Positions 12,187-24,557 are shown, counted from the whole stretch's first letter. The stretch is DNA of 57,347 nt, filler included, from Basidioascus undulatus (GCA_000826855.1; 3 parts of 3 records of this genome joined end to end with filler, not necessarily neighbours in it); one strand, 5' to 3'. Notes: generated by a model from the sequence alone, not told the origin. Numbers and translations are program-made.

Positions 12187-13477
12187 GAGCCTTACGCGGG
12201 GTGCCGGGTATCGCTGGCCCATGCCGGGACAGAGTTTTGTGTCGTCCCCGGGACGTGGGTGGGCAGGTAAATGCTATGGCGCGATAGGGCTGAAGTCTGC
12301 AGCCGAACAGGCTCTCGTCAAACGGGGTGCGAAGGAGCGCTACTTTGTAGCGTAATAAAGCGTTTCTTAAAGCAAACCCCAAGTATAGATCAAAAAGATA
12401 GCCATACAATGATAGTAAACAGTAATAAATAGTCCGCAGTTACGGTCGAGGAGACCACGCAAGTGCGAGCATCCACGACCCGAGTTGCGTTTTCAGCAGG
12501 ACACCGGTGTCGACAGTATCTACCCCAGCCAAACAAGGGTCAAAAAATTACCCAGAGCGTGGACCCAGAAGTCCTCCACGACTCAACCTTGCCGCCGACA
12601 TACAACCTGGTCGTGCCCGCCTGGTGCCCGATCGGTGTTGGCGCCGCTATCGCTCGCACTCCATGCCGCGCCCTGAGTACTAGACGAGGAAAACACCAGC
12701 AAGATTATCTACTTCTGGTAGAGTCCCCGAAGGACAGGTAAATAGCAGACTGACCCCAAAACACTCGCCTCCGGACATGTGCCTACACGGCAAGCTGGCG
12801 ACCAAGCTTCTGCGACACAATGGAAAGTACTGCGAGATGAACCGCTGTATGGATATTTTCCAAAGTTCTACAAGCTATGTCGGCTTCTCTGCAATGTCTG
12901 TAATCAGGTTGGTCACACCTCTCTCGGCAGTTTTTTCGGCCTGCTGTTAAACACGCCAGACGAGAGGGTGAGGCGATCAACCACAAGCCCTACATGCACA
13001 AGAAGTAGACTATAATTGAGCTATGTTTCCTAGCCTAATAAACGAAGGCCATGGTTGGGCCATGGTGTCGTCCGAGTGCCACAGGGATGGAATGTGCCCA
13101 TGCGTAGGCCGAAGAAGGCAATCACAGCGCAGCGCGCAGCGCTGTACAGCAAAGGTACAATGTCTTACCTGTCTGTACCTCGCAAATGTAGAACTTATTA
13201 TTTATTTCAGCAACTTATATACCTGTTTGTGGGCTATAGGTGGTTGTACCGAACGATGAGGCGCAATCGTTTCATCCTTGATGCTCGGGCTCGGGCTCGG
13301 GCACGAGTTGTCATCTTACCAAGCGGACCTCCAGCAGTGCTCAATGGCGACCTCAATGCTAACAAAGCGTCCCTGGAGTCATCACTATATAGCCCGGATG
13401 GGGCTTTCGCGCAGACCGTCTCCAAATCATCTCACATGACGCCTCCCTGAATCGCATATCGCTCGACACAAAGAAAC

Positions 13478-14430
13478 ATGTCCCTCAAAGCCGCAATCCT
13501 TTACGAGAAGCAGTACGTTGATACGGGCCTTTTTTGGCATCAAGACATACCTGCTCACCAATATCTACCCAAAGCGGGAAAATTATCCTGGGTGAGTGCC
13601 CGATGCCCAAGATGCAGCCCTGTTCAGGTACTCGTCAAGCTCACTGCGACGGGCATCAAGTGAGTCGACGACATATTGTACCTGTACGACAAACCTAAAT
13701 TTTGAAAAATAGCCCCATCAACTGGAAGGTTCAGGACTTCGGCATCCTCCTCCGAGAACTACCCTTCCGTGCTTGGGACCGACAGCGCCGGCGTTGTGAA
13801 AGCTGTCGGTGAGGGCGTCGACGGCTTTACGGAGGGAGACCGTGTGTGAGTGACATTTCTAACTCCTTCCATGAAGACCAATCATCTGGAATGCTGAAGG
13901 GGCTGCATGGTATCAGCTTCTTTGAAGGGTTGTCTTTGACCCCAACGAGGCTACTTTGCAGGAATCCGGTCGTCCCGTCCGACTCCTCGGTAAGGTACGT
14001 TTGGGCCACTTGCTCTTGAAGGAGTGACAGAGTGATAAGTTTGTCCTCCACAGATTCCGGACAACCTGTCGGACGAACAGGCAGCCGCCATTCCTGTCGC
14101 CGCCCTTGCCGCTTAGTCGGGCTCTTCCACAGTTCCGGTGCGGGCGTACCCAGTCGCTCGGCCTCGAGCTCCTTGCGTCTAACCCAGAAGGCAAGCTCGT
14201 CACCGTCCTTCCGGCCGACCCTGCCAACGAGAAGTCGCACATGATCATCGGCAGCGGCCGTATGCATGGGGACATATCGGTTCCGTTCTGGGGTGCTGTG
14301 AAGGGGCTCGTCGAGAAGGGATATCTCCAGCCTAACCGCGTCGAGGTTTCCAAGGGGTGAAGAAGATTGAAGAGGCTCTGGACAAGAGGACGAAGGGCGT
14401 GAGGTTATTCGGGTTTGAACTGCGTTTTCG
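13478..14430 (+). pseudogene. MDR-superfamily (GroES-like) enoyl reductase/quinone oxidoreductase relic
   Basis: VLVKLTATGI|NPINWKVQD, YPSVLGTDSAGVVKAVGEGVDGFTEGDRV, IPDNLSDEQAAAIPVA and LVEKGYLQPNRVEV. It has frameshifts and an in-frame stop, and the Rossmann GGxxxVG region is missing. Confidence 0.75.
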
Positions 14431-15174
14431 TTGGTGACGGAGGTATGGATGACAAGCATGCTTTATATCGATGACCGGGTGTGTCCATAGTGCAGTACAA
14501 TATAGTGAATGAAGCCAAACATGGCCTCGCGAAATTCCCTCCCTAACATATGGCCCCAAACCACTGCCTGCTGCTCATAGTGCCGCGCGTGGTGCTGCCG
14601 CATACGAAAGCGAAACCAAGTGCACCATCAGAGCGCCGCTTGGCGAAGCTGGCCACACCCGTTGTGAATAACGTAAGGGAGACAACGTTACAGACTTTGT
14701 TGATCAATGCCGGGCTACACTTGTATATACGAGGGTAGGAATGCCAGCAATGCGGTTGATTACAGTCTGAAGGAGAGGGCTTTCCTGCCATGATCATGAT
14801 GACTGCCTGTCAACTTGATCGATTCGCCGAGTCTCAACGATCATCCTCGCTTCGTACTTCGCATTGGACCAATTACCACCGCCGTAACAGCCTGCAAACG
14901 CAATAAATGTGTAATCACTCCATCAACCAAGCGCAGCGCCGACTTCAATCCCTCAGCTCCATCGTCGGCCTCATCGGGCCTCTTCCCGCGCGCCGCGCTC
15001 CTCCTGGGCCGGCGAATATCGGCGTTGATAGCCGGTCACGCGTCGCCGCGGCTGCTGTTGTCTCACTTGCGAGAAGGCTCCGGGCTTGGGACGTCTTCTC
15101 GGGGGCCTCTTGCCTCTCCAATTGCTCCTCCTCTCATTAAACCACAAACAACCTCTTCATCCCTCCCCACCCTC

Positions 15175-15274
15175 NNNNNNNNNNNNNNNNNNNNNNNNNN
15201 NNNNNNNNNNNNNNNNNNTTAATTAATTAANNNNNNNNNNNNNNNNNNNNNNNNNNNNNNNNNNNNNNNNNNNN
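15175..15274. other. Artificial contig linker (N44-TTAATTAATTAA-N44)
   Basis: 100-nt block with a six-frame stop cassette flanked by Ns; identical to 30401-30500. Confidence 0.97.
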
Positions 15275-16246
15275 GGGTATGCGTTCCTACGGGGGGAAAG
15301 GGGGAGTGACGGGAGAGAGCGAGGAGTGGGGCGGGCTTGTATGCGTTTCTTCGTTGTCAACCTGATGCCTTTTGGCGTGCGACCTCAATATATACGGTTC
15401 GTTCAAGGCGACTGGACTCATCCGCAGCTTTCGCGTGACCAAGCTCCCCCGTCTGCCTCTGCCCACAGCCATTTGAGTGCGCTCTCGTCAGGTGCAGAGA
15501 GACGGAGCGCAACAATGAGTGTATGATTGCTATTGCAGCGGACAGGGCCATGGCATAAGCCGATAAACTTGGAGACGTCTATACATCGCACACCTGAATG
15601 ACTGCCTGCGCAGTCTGGCCGGGTCAGGACTCTCGCATAGAGCTGGGCCCGGGAGTGCAGCCTGTTACGTGACAGCCCCTACCTAATTCAAACGTGAAGT
15701 CACAGAAAATGTATTTGAGGAATATTCACGACTACTACTGTTCAAACCAGTTCAGGCAAGAGTGCGAGCACCACTCGGTGCCACGGAGTCGGGTCGGAGC
15801 GGGGAAGGGCGGGCATAGCGTTCCAATCTCGCTCGCAATTGCTCGCAAACCCCTTGACTTTGCACCTTCACCCCATGTGCATCCTCCATTCTCCAGCAGG
15901 TTCGCAGTGCTCGCACTGCGGTAGATCTATTCCCTCGGGACCGAGTCGGCCGGCACGGTCCCGGATGCTGGTGACATGGGTAGAGCGGAACCGCTATCGC
16001 GATGGCCTGTCGCCATAAAGTCAAGGCAACATAGCAGAGGCGCTCACCGGCTGCCCCCCTCCACTCATCCTCCTCGCTAATGCTTTCGCTCGATCTTTCG
16101 CATTATTCGTAATCGAAGTCGAAGTCCTTTGTCTGATACTATCGATGCCGACGCTTCGTCTCTTCCTCGTATCACTCCCCACATTCCATCCAGAACGTAC
16201 GCACCCCGCTCCACTTTTTTAAATGCGCTTGTTGATACCAACCAGC

Positions 16247-17576
16247 ATGCAGACTACCATGTCCACCACTACCACCATCACCTCCCCCCCCCACCCTCTC
16301 CGCATCGCCATCATCGGCGGCGGTCCCGGCGGGCTCAGGTTCGCCCGGATCCTACAGACGCACGGCCTCCGTGCGACCGTCAACGAGTGCGACCCGTCCG
16401 CGCACGTCCGCTCGCAGGGCGGCTCCCTCGACTTGCAATGCGGGCTGCGGGGCTGTTCGAGCAGTTCAACAAGTTCGCTCGTTACGAGGGCGAGCAGATG
16501 CGCGTGCTCGACAAGCACGGCGTTGTGCACCTCGACGAGGCGGGGCCGTTTGGGCCGCCTCCGGAGGAGGGAGAGGAGGACACCCAGGGCAGGCCTGAGA
16601 TTGACCGGTACGTCTTCTTACTATTTCAAGTTCTCCTCGGGCTTTCCCACTTTCTCATCGTCCGGCTTTAGGCTTCATGCATGCTGATTTCAACACTTTC
16701 CTTTTCCAGGACCGACCTCCGCGCGATGCTTCTCATCTCGTTCGAGGAGGGCACGGTCCAGTGGGGCTGCAAGCTCTTCGACGTCTCTCCTCTCGGTGAA
16801 GCCGGCACGCACAAGCTTGTCTTCGAGAGCGGCCGCAGGAGATCGCCGACCTCGTCGTGGGTGCCGACGGCGCGTCGTCTCGCATTCGTCCCCCCCCTGT
16901 CCCTCTCCAGACCCATCTACACGGGCATCTCCTTCATCAACCTCACCATCACGGACGTCCACCGCCTCCCCGCCCTGTCCGAGCTCGTCGGCCAAGACCT
17001 CGCCTTCATCATCTCCGACAAGCGCGGCCTCATCGCGAAGCGCAACAGCCGCGGGCGCGTGCGCGTCTACGTGGCGCTGCAGGTCGGGGAGCGCTGGCTG
17101 GAGAAGGAGAGTGGAATCCTGTTCGACGCGCGCGACCCCGAGCTCGTGCGCGACGCCCTCCTCCGCCCGTTCCACGGCTGGGACTCGGCGCTCCTCGACC
17201 TCGTGCGCCACTGCGACGGCGACCCGATCGTCCCGCGCAAGATCTACGCGCTCCCCGTCCCGCACACGTGGGAGTCCAAGCCCGGCGTCACGCTCCTCGG
17301 CGACGCTATTGAGCCCCTTCGCAGGCGAGGGCGTCAATCGCCATGATCGACGCTGCCGACCTAGCGCTCGCACTCGTTGGTGCCGCGGAGGGAGGAGCAC
17401 CGGCGGGAGAAAAGCTGCTCGAGGCGGTCGGGAGGTATCAGGAGATCATGTTCGAGCGCGCGGCTGACAAGGCGACCGAGTCGGCGGAGAACCTCGACCT
17501 CATCTTCTCGGCGGACGCGCCCAAGCCGTTCCTGGACCGCCTCGCGTCGTACCATGCCCACGCCGACAGCCACTAG
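16247..17576 (+). pseudogene. FAD-dependent monooxygenase, TetX-like family, multiply frameshifted
   Basis: RIAIIGGGPGGL (FAD-binding), RSQGGSLDL, GRPEIDR|TDLR, ADLVVGADGASSRIRP, GVTLLGDA...SPFAGEGVN.AMIDAADLA. At least four frame breaks or small deletions, near 16437, 16838, 16895 and 17308-17342. Confidence 0.85.
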
Positions 17577-18883
17577 CCGGTACGCCACCTTCCACCGTCC
17601 TCTCTCCACGTTGTGCTGATTGCCCGTTTCGCGCGCCGTTGTTTGCAGTCCGAGTCCTCATGACCCACTTTACCTCGAGCATCTGAACGCCTTTGATTGT
17701 CCACCGCTCCGACCTCGTTAGACTCCTTGAAATGCATCTTTTGTCGGAACTTCTTTTCTTTGTTTGTGATGCGTCCGCGGCTGGCTTGCCTCGATTCGTG
17801 GTAGTTTCTCCCTCAGATACGGAATGGGTTATGTCTCGCATTGCGTACTTGTTTGTTGCATGCTGTGCCAATTTTGCTCGCTGCTGACCAGATGTGAGGC
17901 TGCTGATTTCACGAAGTTCTTATGTGAGGAAAATGCGGAAGTAACAACAAAATGTGGGAGGAGAGAAGGCCACAGAGTGAAGGGACCAAGCGTACCAAAC
18001 GCTGCTACAACATGACCAAATTAATCGACTAGGAAACATTTATAAAGCTGCAGAAGACTGGCATGCGCTCGATAAATAAACCGAGACTCACACACATCGC
18101 CCACTGAATGACTGTGCAGTCTTCTCCTTTTTGCCTTACCTTGCCGGCCCTGGTACCTGGCGGCCTGACGAAAAACCCTCGTCTCCCTTATCAGGCCGCC
18201 TTTGAAATATTATACCTTGGCCTCATAAACGACTTACGCTCGATCGGGGTGTGTGCAAGTTGCGACGAAGAACTGTCCCAACACACTTGCAGCAGCCCAG
18301 GAGGCGCTGTCGCTCGGGGTTCGGACATGAAGCTTCAGCCGAGGCATAGAGTGAAGGGAATTTCTGAGGTCCAATCCATCTCTAGATCTAGACCATTCAT
18401 CGCTTGCAACGGAGGCGGAGGAGCGGAGGCATTGCGCTTAGAAACACCGCCTCTTCTTACCAACGCAGCCAAGCACAGCTGTCGTATTCGCTAAGAAAAC
18501 CCGTGACCGTTAATAAGTATTTGAAATAAATTCAGATTCAGTCAGCCTTATCCACCCGTGGTATGGCAATGACAAGCGGGGAACCATGCGGACGTTACGC
18601 AGGGCTACTACTCGACGGAGCGCGGAATCGGGATCGAATGGTGTTGAATTACTCTTCTTCGTCACGGAGCGCGCGCTTGGTGTGAGCTGCCTGCGCTGGA
18701 CTACAAAGTCCGTGGCAGGTGGTGTGGCCCACCTTCATCCGCAACCACCACCACCTCAACTCCCCAGAGCCCTCAACCTCGATCTCGCCCCTACTTTCCT
18801 TATTGCTAGCATACCCCACCTCGCACCTCCATCGAGTCGTTTCCCTCCTTGTGGTGATTGAGAACTCCACCCTGCACACCCTC

Positions 18884-19145
18884 TCGCTCGAGGAGCACTG
18901 GACGAAGCCGTACGACGAGAGCAAGGAGCTCCGGACGAGGTGCAGCCAGTTCTAGGCAGACGAACGCGTCGCTCGTGGAGCAGAAGACCACGATGGAGGA
19001 CCAGTGCAAGAAGTCAGCTCATATTTCGCCTTCCAGCTAGGTCTACTGCTCTTCGAGCGACTCTTTCGTCTCTTTGGAGCTACCTGCGCCTGGTTCGCAG
19101 CTCCTTGTTCTCGTCCTCCAGCTTCGCCTTCTGCTCCTGGAGCGA
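18884..19145. repeat. Long imperfect inverted repeat; each arm contains an 85-nt periodic unit
   Basis: 18884-19003 aligns without gaps to the reverse complement of 19026-19145, with 89/120 identities by hand count and a spacer of about 22 nt. Confidence 0.85.
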
Positions 19146-19986
19146 CGCGGAGTTGCGTTGTCCGTGTTATAGATCCTCTGTGTATGGGGCCTTTGTTGTT
19201 CCACCCTACCCCGGTGGTCGTATCTACAAATACCCTGCCTAGAGCCCGTACTCGAATGCGGTCTCGATGCTTGTGGTCATCTGGGGTGCTCGAACTGCGA
19301 GTCGTCGGCGAGGGCTAGGTAGGCTCCGACCCGGGTGACGGGCTGATGAGGATATGGAGCGGTTGTTGTGACACTTAGGGAATATATGGATGGTAATCGA
19401 AGGGGGAGAGGATGCATCTATTCATATCGGCAAGCTGCTTCGTGCTGTGTGGCGTTTTGCGACGGGCAGTCCTTTGCCCTGGGTGTGTCCACAAAGGACT
19501 GCATAGGACAGTCTCCAGCCCTTTGCGTACCCTTGGAAAATTGTTATGGCTGAAGTGAGAGGACGGGGGACGGCAGCACGAGGCGGAAGCGGGTGGCAGA
19601 TGCAGGCGGCGATGTGTGATCCCACGGAGATGCATGGTCACTTGGACAGCCTCCCTGCCTGGTCCCGGCAAGATCCCCGGGAAAACCCTCTCCAGAGAAA
19701 AAGAGGGAAGGAAAGCCCGCCTCCTCGTCAACCCGCCACCACTCCCGGAGCCAGGACGGCCAGTTCGCTATCGATTACGGGTGCGTATACCTAGTTTTCA
19801 GCAAAATGGACATGGGCGACAGAATGATCCGACGGCGCGGACTGGACTGTTCTTCGAAAAGCATGAAGGGGGAAGTGAAGTAGAAAGACATGAAGAAGGT
19901 GCGCCAAGTGGAAGAAGCGAGGAAGGGGAATAACCGATGTAGAGTCTAGAAAGCGAGATGGAGGCAGAAGAGCGAAGGCGCGTCTT

Positions 19987-22318
19987 TTACAGGTTCTTGC
20001 GCTGCAGGTTGTCGATCCTGTGCGTGTGGCGGAAAAGCGGTTAAGTTCCCATAAGAGGTAAGAAAAGCTTCGGGTAGACGCACCATTGGACGCCGAACCA
20101 CACAGCCACGCCGAGAATCCCCATGAGCACCAAGAAAGCGGCCATGAAGCCGGCGAGGAGCCTACGAAAACGCCCAGTCCGTCCGCCCGTCAGTACTCCC
20201 GCTCAACGTCCACGGAAATGTCGAAAAGAAAGGCTCCGCAACGTACAGCCAAGGGAACTGCTCTGGCGCGGCGGCGTCGCGGCGCGGCTGGGGCGTGCGG
20301 CCGGCAAGGATGGCCTCGCGCTCGCGCTCAGCGGCCTTCTCCTTCACGTACTCCATCGTGCGGTGGCGGGCGTCGGAGGTGTCCATCGACGGGGTCCCGC
20401 CAGTAATCTGGATGAAGGACGGGTAGTGGTGCTCGCACCATTGCTCGATCTGTGTGGGACGACGGCCGGGATCAGCCATTGGTGAAAGGGAGAGATGGGG
20501 TGCGGAAGGAGGAAGAGAGAAGGGTAGAGCTGGAAATGAAAGGATAGAAACAAACAGAGGGGGGAATGCAAACGCACCTTGCCGAGCGCGATAGAGAGCT
20601 TCACGTAGTAGGGGTCGGCGGGGGACATGCGCGAGTGGATCTTGCGCGCGTACTCCTGGAACTTGTACGCGACGTCGCGCGGGTTCCGGGTGTTCATCAT
20701 GATCTACGGGAGGGGTTTATCATGTCAGCGGTGTTGGGTGTCCCGGAGGCAGGGCGTGAAGGAAACGCACGTCGACAGCGGAGGCCTTACGAATCTTGAC
20801 GTTGCGGTGAAGGATCTCGCGGTTCATGAAGCAGAGCTCGATGGTCGCGATGGCGTGGACCTGGGGGATGGCGCAGAACGCAAAGACGCTCTGATTCTTG
20901 AGAAGGCTGAGGTAGTCGAGGCAGTCGGTCGCGTGGCGGAGTGCGTCGAGCACCATCCCGCTCACGACCCAGAGCGCCTTCTCCTCGTTCTCGGGCTCCT
21001 TGAGCTGCGCGAGGCTCGCGAAGCCCTGCGCGCGCCAGATCGCCGCGGGCCAGAACTCGCGCCCGACGTCGACGTCCTCCCGGTAGTCGCGTAGGATGTT
21101 GGTCTTCTGCAGGAAGAGCCCCATGCTGTTCGACAGCTCGAGCTGCTCGCCCACCAGCGACCGCTCCTTGCCCGTCGCGACGAAGAGGCGCGACAGCCCC
21201 TCGCCCACGAGCCCCGCGACGAAGTGGCAGTAGAGGTCGAAGTCGGGGATCGTGTCCACCCCGTTCTGGCCCCGGGCCGCAGCGGCCGCGTAGTCGGCCA
21301 TGCCGTTCCCCATCTTGTGCGCGATGTCCGCTATCACTTCTTGGCACCTGTGAAAATTGCCGCGCATGTACGAAGCTCGTTCAGCAACGCGAGGGGAAGG
21401 ACAGAGAGCAAAGAGGCGGCACACGCACCCCTTGTCCATCCGGTTGAACTCCTCCACGAGCGCCGGCCACTGCACGAGCAGCTCGCGGTCCTTCTCATCC
21501 GGCCCACACCCGTCAAACGACCATCCCTCCTCCGAGAGCTTCGCGCCGAACGCGCGCAGCAGCGGCTCCTTCGTCTCGAGCGGGATCGTCATGTCGTCCT
21601 CGATCGTGTCCAGCCCGCGCAGCGCGAGGTAGAAGAGGCAGATCTGTGGGATGCGGAATGGAGGTGTGTGTGAGCGTACACCCCGGGCCTGCCGCTCCAT
21701 TCGCCGCTCGCCGAGCTGAGGATGGGAGGGGGCATCCCATCCGGCCCATGCCACGCCCGACCCACCGAGGCCTCTCCCGCCCACCTCGACCACCACCAAG
21801 ACCAGCACACCAAAGACTCACCACCCTAGCCAAATCCCCATCCAGCTCCTTAATCACAGCCGCGAAAGAGCGGCTGGTCTTGTCGAGGAAGCCCCAGCAG
21901 GTGCGCATGGACTCGCGGTGCCAACCTGAGGTCGCATGCTCGCTCGGCGCGGAGATGTCGCGCTTGGGCTCGTACCAGATCTTGTACTGTAGGAGCGTCC
22001 GGAACTCGAGCGGGTGGGTGAAGAGGAGTTTCTGTTCGAAAGAGGCGTGGAGAGTGGGTTAGTTGAATAAGAACTCGGAATGTGTCGGGAGGTCAGCATG
22101 GCCATTTCCACGCCCGAGTAGCTCAAGTCGACGGTCCAGAGTCCAGACAGCCCTCCGATGTAAGACTCCGAGAATATCAATCCAAGGTGGCAGGAATAGG
22201 CATGCAGACCCAGTCCGGCGCCGAGCGAGCCCAAACGCCAGTGCGGGCGACGCGAGAAGACTGCCCAGGCGCGATTCGGTCGGCGACGCACGATGAGTTC
22301 CTTGCTGCTCATGCTCAT
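19987..22318 (-). CDS. ERG9: Squalene synthase (farnesyl-diphosphate farnesyltransferase)
   Basis: TSRSFAAVIKEL, FYLALRGLDTIEDDM, DLYCHFVAGLVGEGLSRLF, MGLFLQKTNILRDYRED, FCAIPQVHAIAT, C-terminal hydrophobic anchor, canonical introns, stop TAA 19987-19989. Confidence 0.97.
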
Positions 22319-22684
22319 GATTGCCGTGCTGTAGTAGGTCGTCGAACGTGAGATGAGAACTATGCGAGGATTTTCAAAGACTGCCGAGTTGGACGGCGAG
22401 TGTGAGTAGAGTGTCGTGGTCAAGCGTCAAGCACGGCGAATCGTACGAGCCCTGTGCGGGTGGAAGGCGGGGAGCACGGCCCGGACAGCGCGTTCTTCTC
22501 TTGCTCCTCCTGCAACCTCCTGCCTTCCCATCTCACTCGACATTACCGCTAAGCACCGCTGGTCAGGTCCAACTGATTCCTTTACAAGATTTCTGACTGA
22601 ATTTGCATTCAATGTTTACCGTCTTTCTCCAACACTTCCATTTCTGCGGACCATGGTAGAGTCTGGGCGAGATGAACTAACCCC

Positions 22685-23248
22685 TCAGTCTCTCTCCGCC
22701 GCATTCCTCGCCATCGCGTCGCTCACGGCCCTCCTCCTCACCCTCGGCTGCTCCATTGCCCTCTCTCCGTCCTCACTCCCCCTGCGCCTCAAGCTCACCC
22801 TCCTCATCATCCCCCTCACGCCCCCCAGTCCGTCCCCCGCCCCGAGCGGCGCGAGCCCGTCGCTCGCCTCGCTATCCGTGCGCGCCCGCGCAGCCCACGC
22901 ACTCGACATCGTGCACTCCTCTGGCGCGTCCAGCTCCGCGAAGATACTCGACGCGCTCGCGGAGCTCGTCACCTCCACTGCGATGCTCAGCGCGCGCGCG
23001 GTCGGCGCGGGCGGGGTGGAGGCGGAGCGCGCGGGGTGCGGCTTAGAGGACAGGCGGCGCACGAGCGGACAGGAGGTGAGGCGGGAGGTGAGGCTTGGGC
23101 GCCGGGTGGGGAATGAGGGGGGCGCGGACGGCGAGCGCGGGGAGTGCGGTAGGTGCGGCTGCGTTGAAGGTGGGGATGAGGAGGGCGCGGGGGCGGACAT
23201 GCTGCTCTTGCGCGAGGGGATGCGGATGGGGTGTTGTGGCGGGTGCAT
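22685..23248 (-). CDS. Hypothetical low-complexity Ser/Pro/Arg-rich protein
   Basis: Open GC-rich ORF (MHPPQHPIRIPSRKSS...MRRVSLRRRGS...RRAVSD) with coding-like composition; no recognisable domain. Confidence 0.45.
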   Translation of the reverse strand: MHPPQHPIRIPSRKSSMSAPAPSSSPPSTQPHLPHSPRSPSAPPSFPTRRPSLTSRLTSCPLVRRLSSKPHPARSASTPPAPTARALSIAVEVTSSASASSIFAELDAPEECTMSSAWAARARTDSEASDGLAPLGAGDGLGGVRGMMRRVSLRRRGSEDGERAMEQPRVRRRAVSDAMARNAAERD

Positions 23249-24557
23249 GGTGGATAGATTGGTTGATTGAGACGATGGAGGGCGCTGGGAGGATTGTGAA
23301 GAGAGAAGGCTGCGACCCATTTAAATCCCCCTCCCACGCACACGCCCCACCCATCGCAAGCTTCAAGGCACGTCCTCTCGCCCATGCCCCCTTGCTGACG
23401 TGTTCGCCAAACCCTTAGAGAATTGAGATCTCGCGAGGCTGTACCATGAGCGGAGCTCACCAGCGTAACACGGCGGCGCGCGACGCGTCGCAGCTTGAGT
23501 TTCATGACAGGCTCAGACACGCTGACGTCGCTCTCGAGCTTCCTTTCCTGCCTCGACACGATTTCACGAAAATCCCAGACGGCGGAACGGACCAGAGGGG
23601 GAAATCGAGCGTCGGATGTGGCGGACTGCTGAAAGTTTGGTGAAGGGGAGACGTCACTGCACTGAGGCGATGGTCGCGTGGCGATCACGCTGGAGCACTG
23701 ACAGCCGCTGGCTGTTGGCTGTTCTTGTTAGATTAAGTTGTATTTCCATTGCCTATTATAATTGTTTGAAGCTTGGAGACGATGGCGGAAGGTGGGCAGA
23801 GTTCATGGACTGCAGGCGCATCGCAATGTCCAACGAGTCTCAGTTCCCGTTCGCTGGGGCAACGCGCCCTCTGCAAAATCCCACAAGAAAGCGTTTAATG
23901 TTTCCCTTTCATTCGAGTGGGCTGCTACACACGGAGTTCTTCATCATGCGTGATGGACGAACGATTGAATAAGAAGAAAATTGGACGGTCCTGCAACCAA
24001 CAGTAGTACAGAGCTGAACTTGCGAAATGCTTCTGTGCTTTTTCTCTACCCATCCTCCAGAAATTATGCTATCCATCGGTTCAGGCAGCCTCTTTGATGT
24101 GCTTACTCTTGCGGTCTACCACACTTCGTCGTCTCGCCACTCCCCTTCAAGTTTCTACTCGCTTCACCAACTCATCCATCTTTAAGTCTCCCCTCACCAT
24201 CTACTATATCACCCTGCTAGCCTGGCCCCAAAGATGCGGAACTTGGACAACATCTCGCTTGTCCCCTCGAACGGCACAGCTCGGCCGGCGCAGCGTCATC
24301 TGGCTCGAATACGATACATTGGACGCACCGATAGAACAATTATGTCACAAGAGAATTCGATCGCGGTTGTAAGTGCACCGAGCGAAGGGGACGCTGCTAC
24401 TTTCTTTCTCGTGAGCGCTCAGCGAAGCTTCCAAAAGCGGGCCTGCATATTCAACAAAGCTTTCCAGGAGCACTAAGTCTGACAGTTTCGCTTGCTTCGT
24501 GCTCAATACTTCAATCTCAAATGCTTGTATTATGCTCCGGTATTTGTCTTTCACAAC

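Noticed and set aside
15175..15274. TTAATTAATTAA palindrome as a biological element (also at 30445-30456)
   Set aside because: It is flanked by exactly 44 Ns on each side in both places, so it is an assembly linker. Adjacency across it, such as tRNA-Ala next to nad3, is not reliable.
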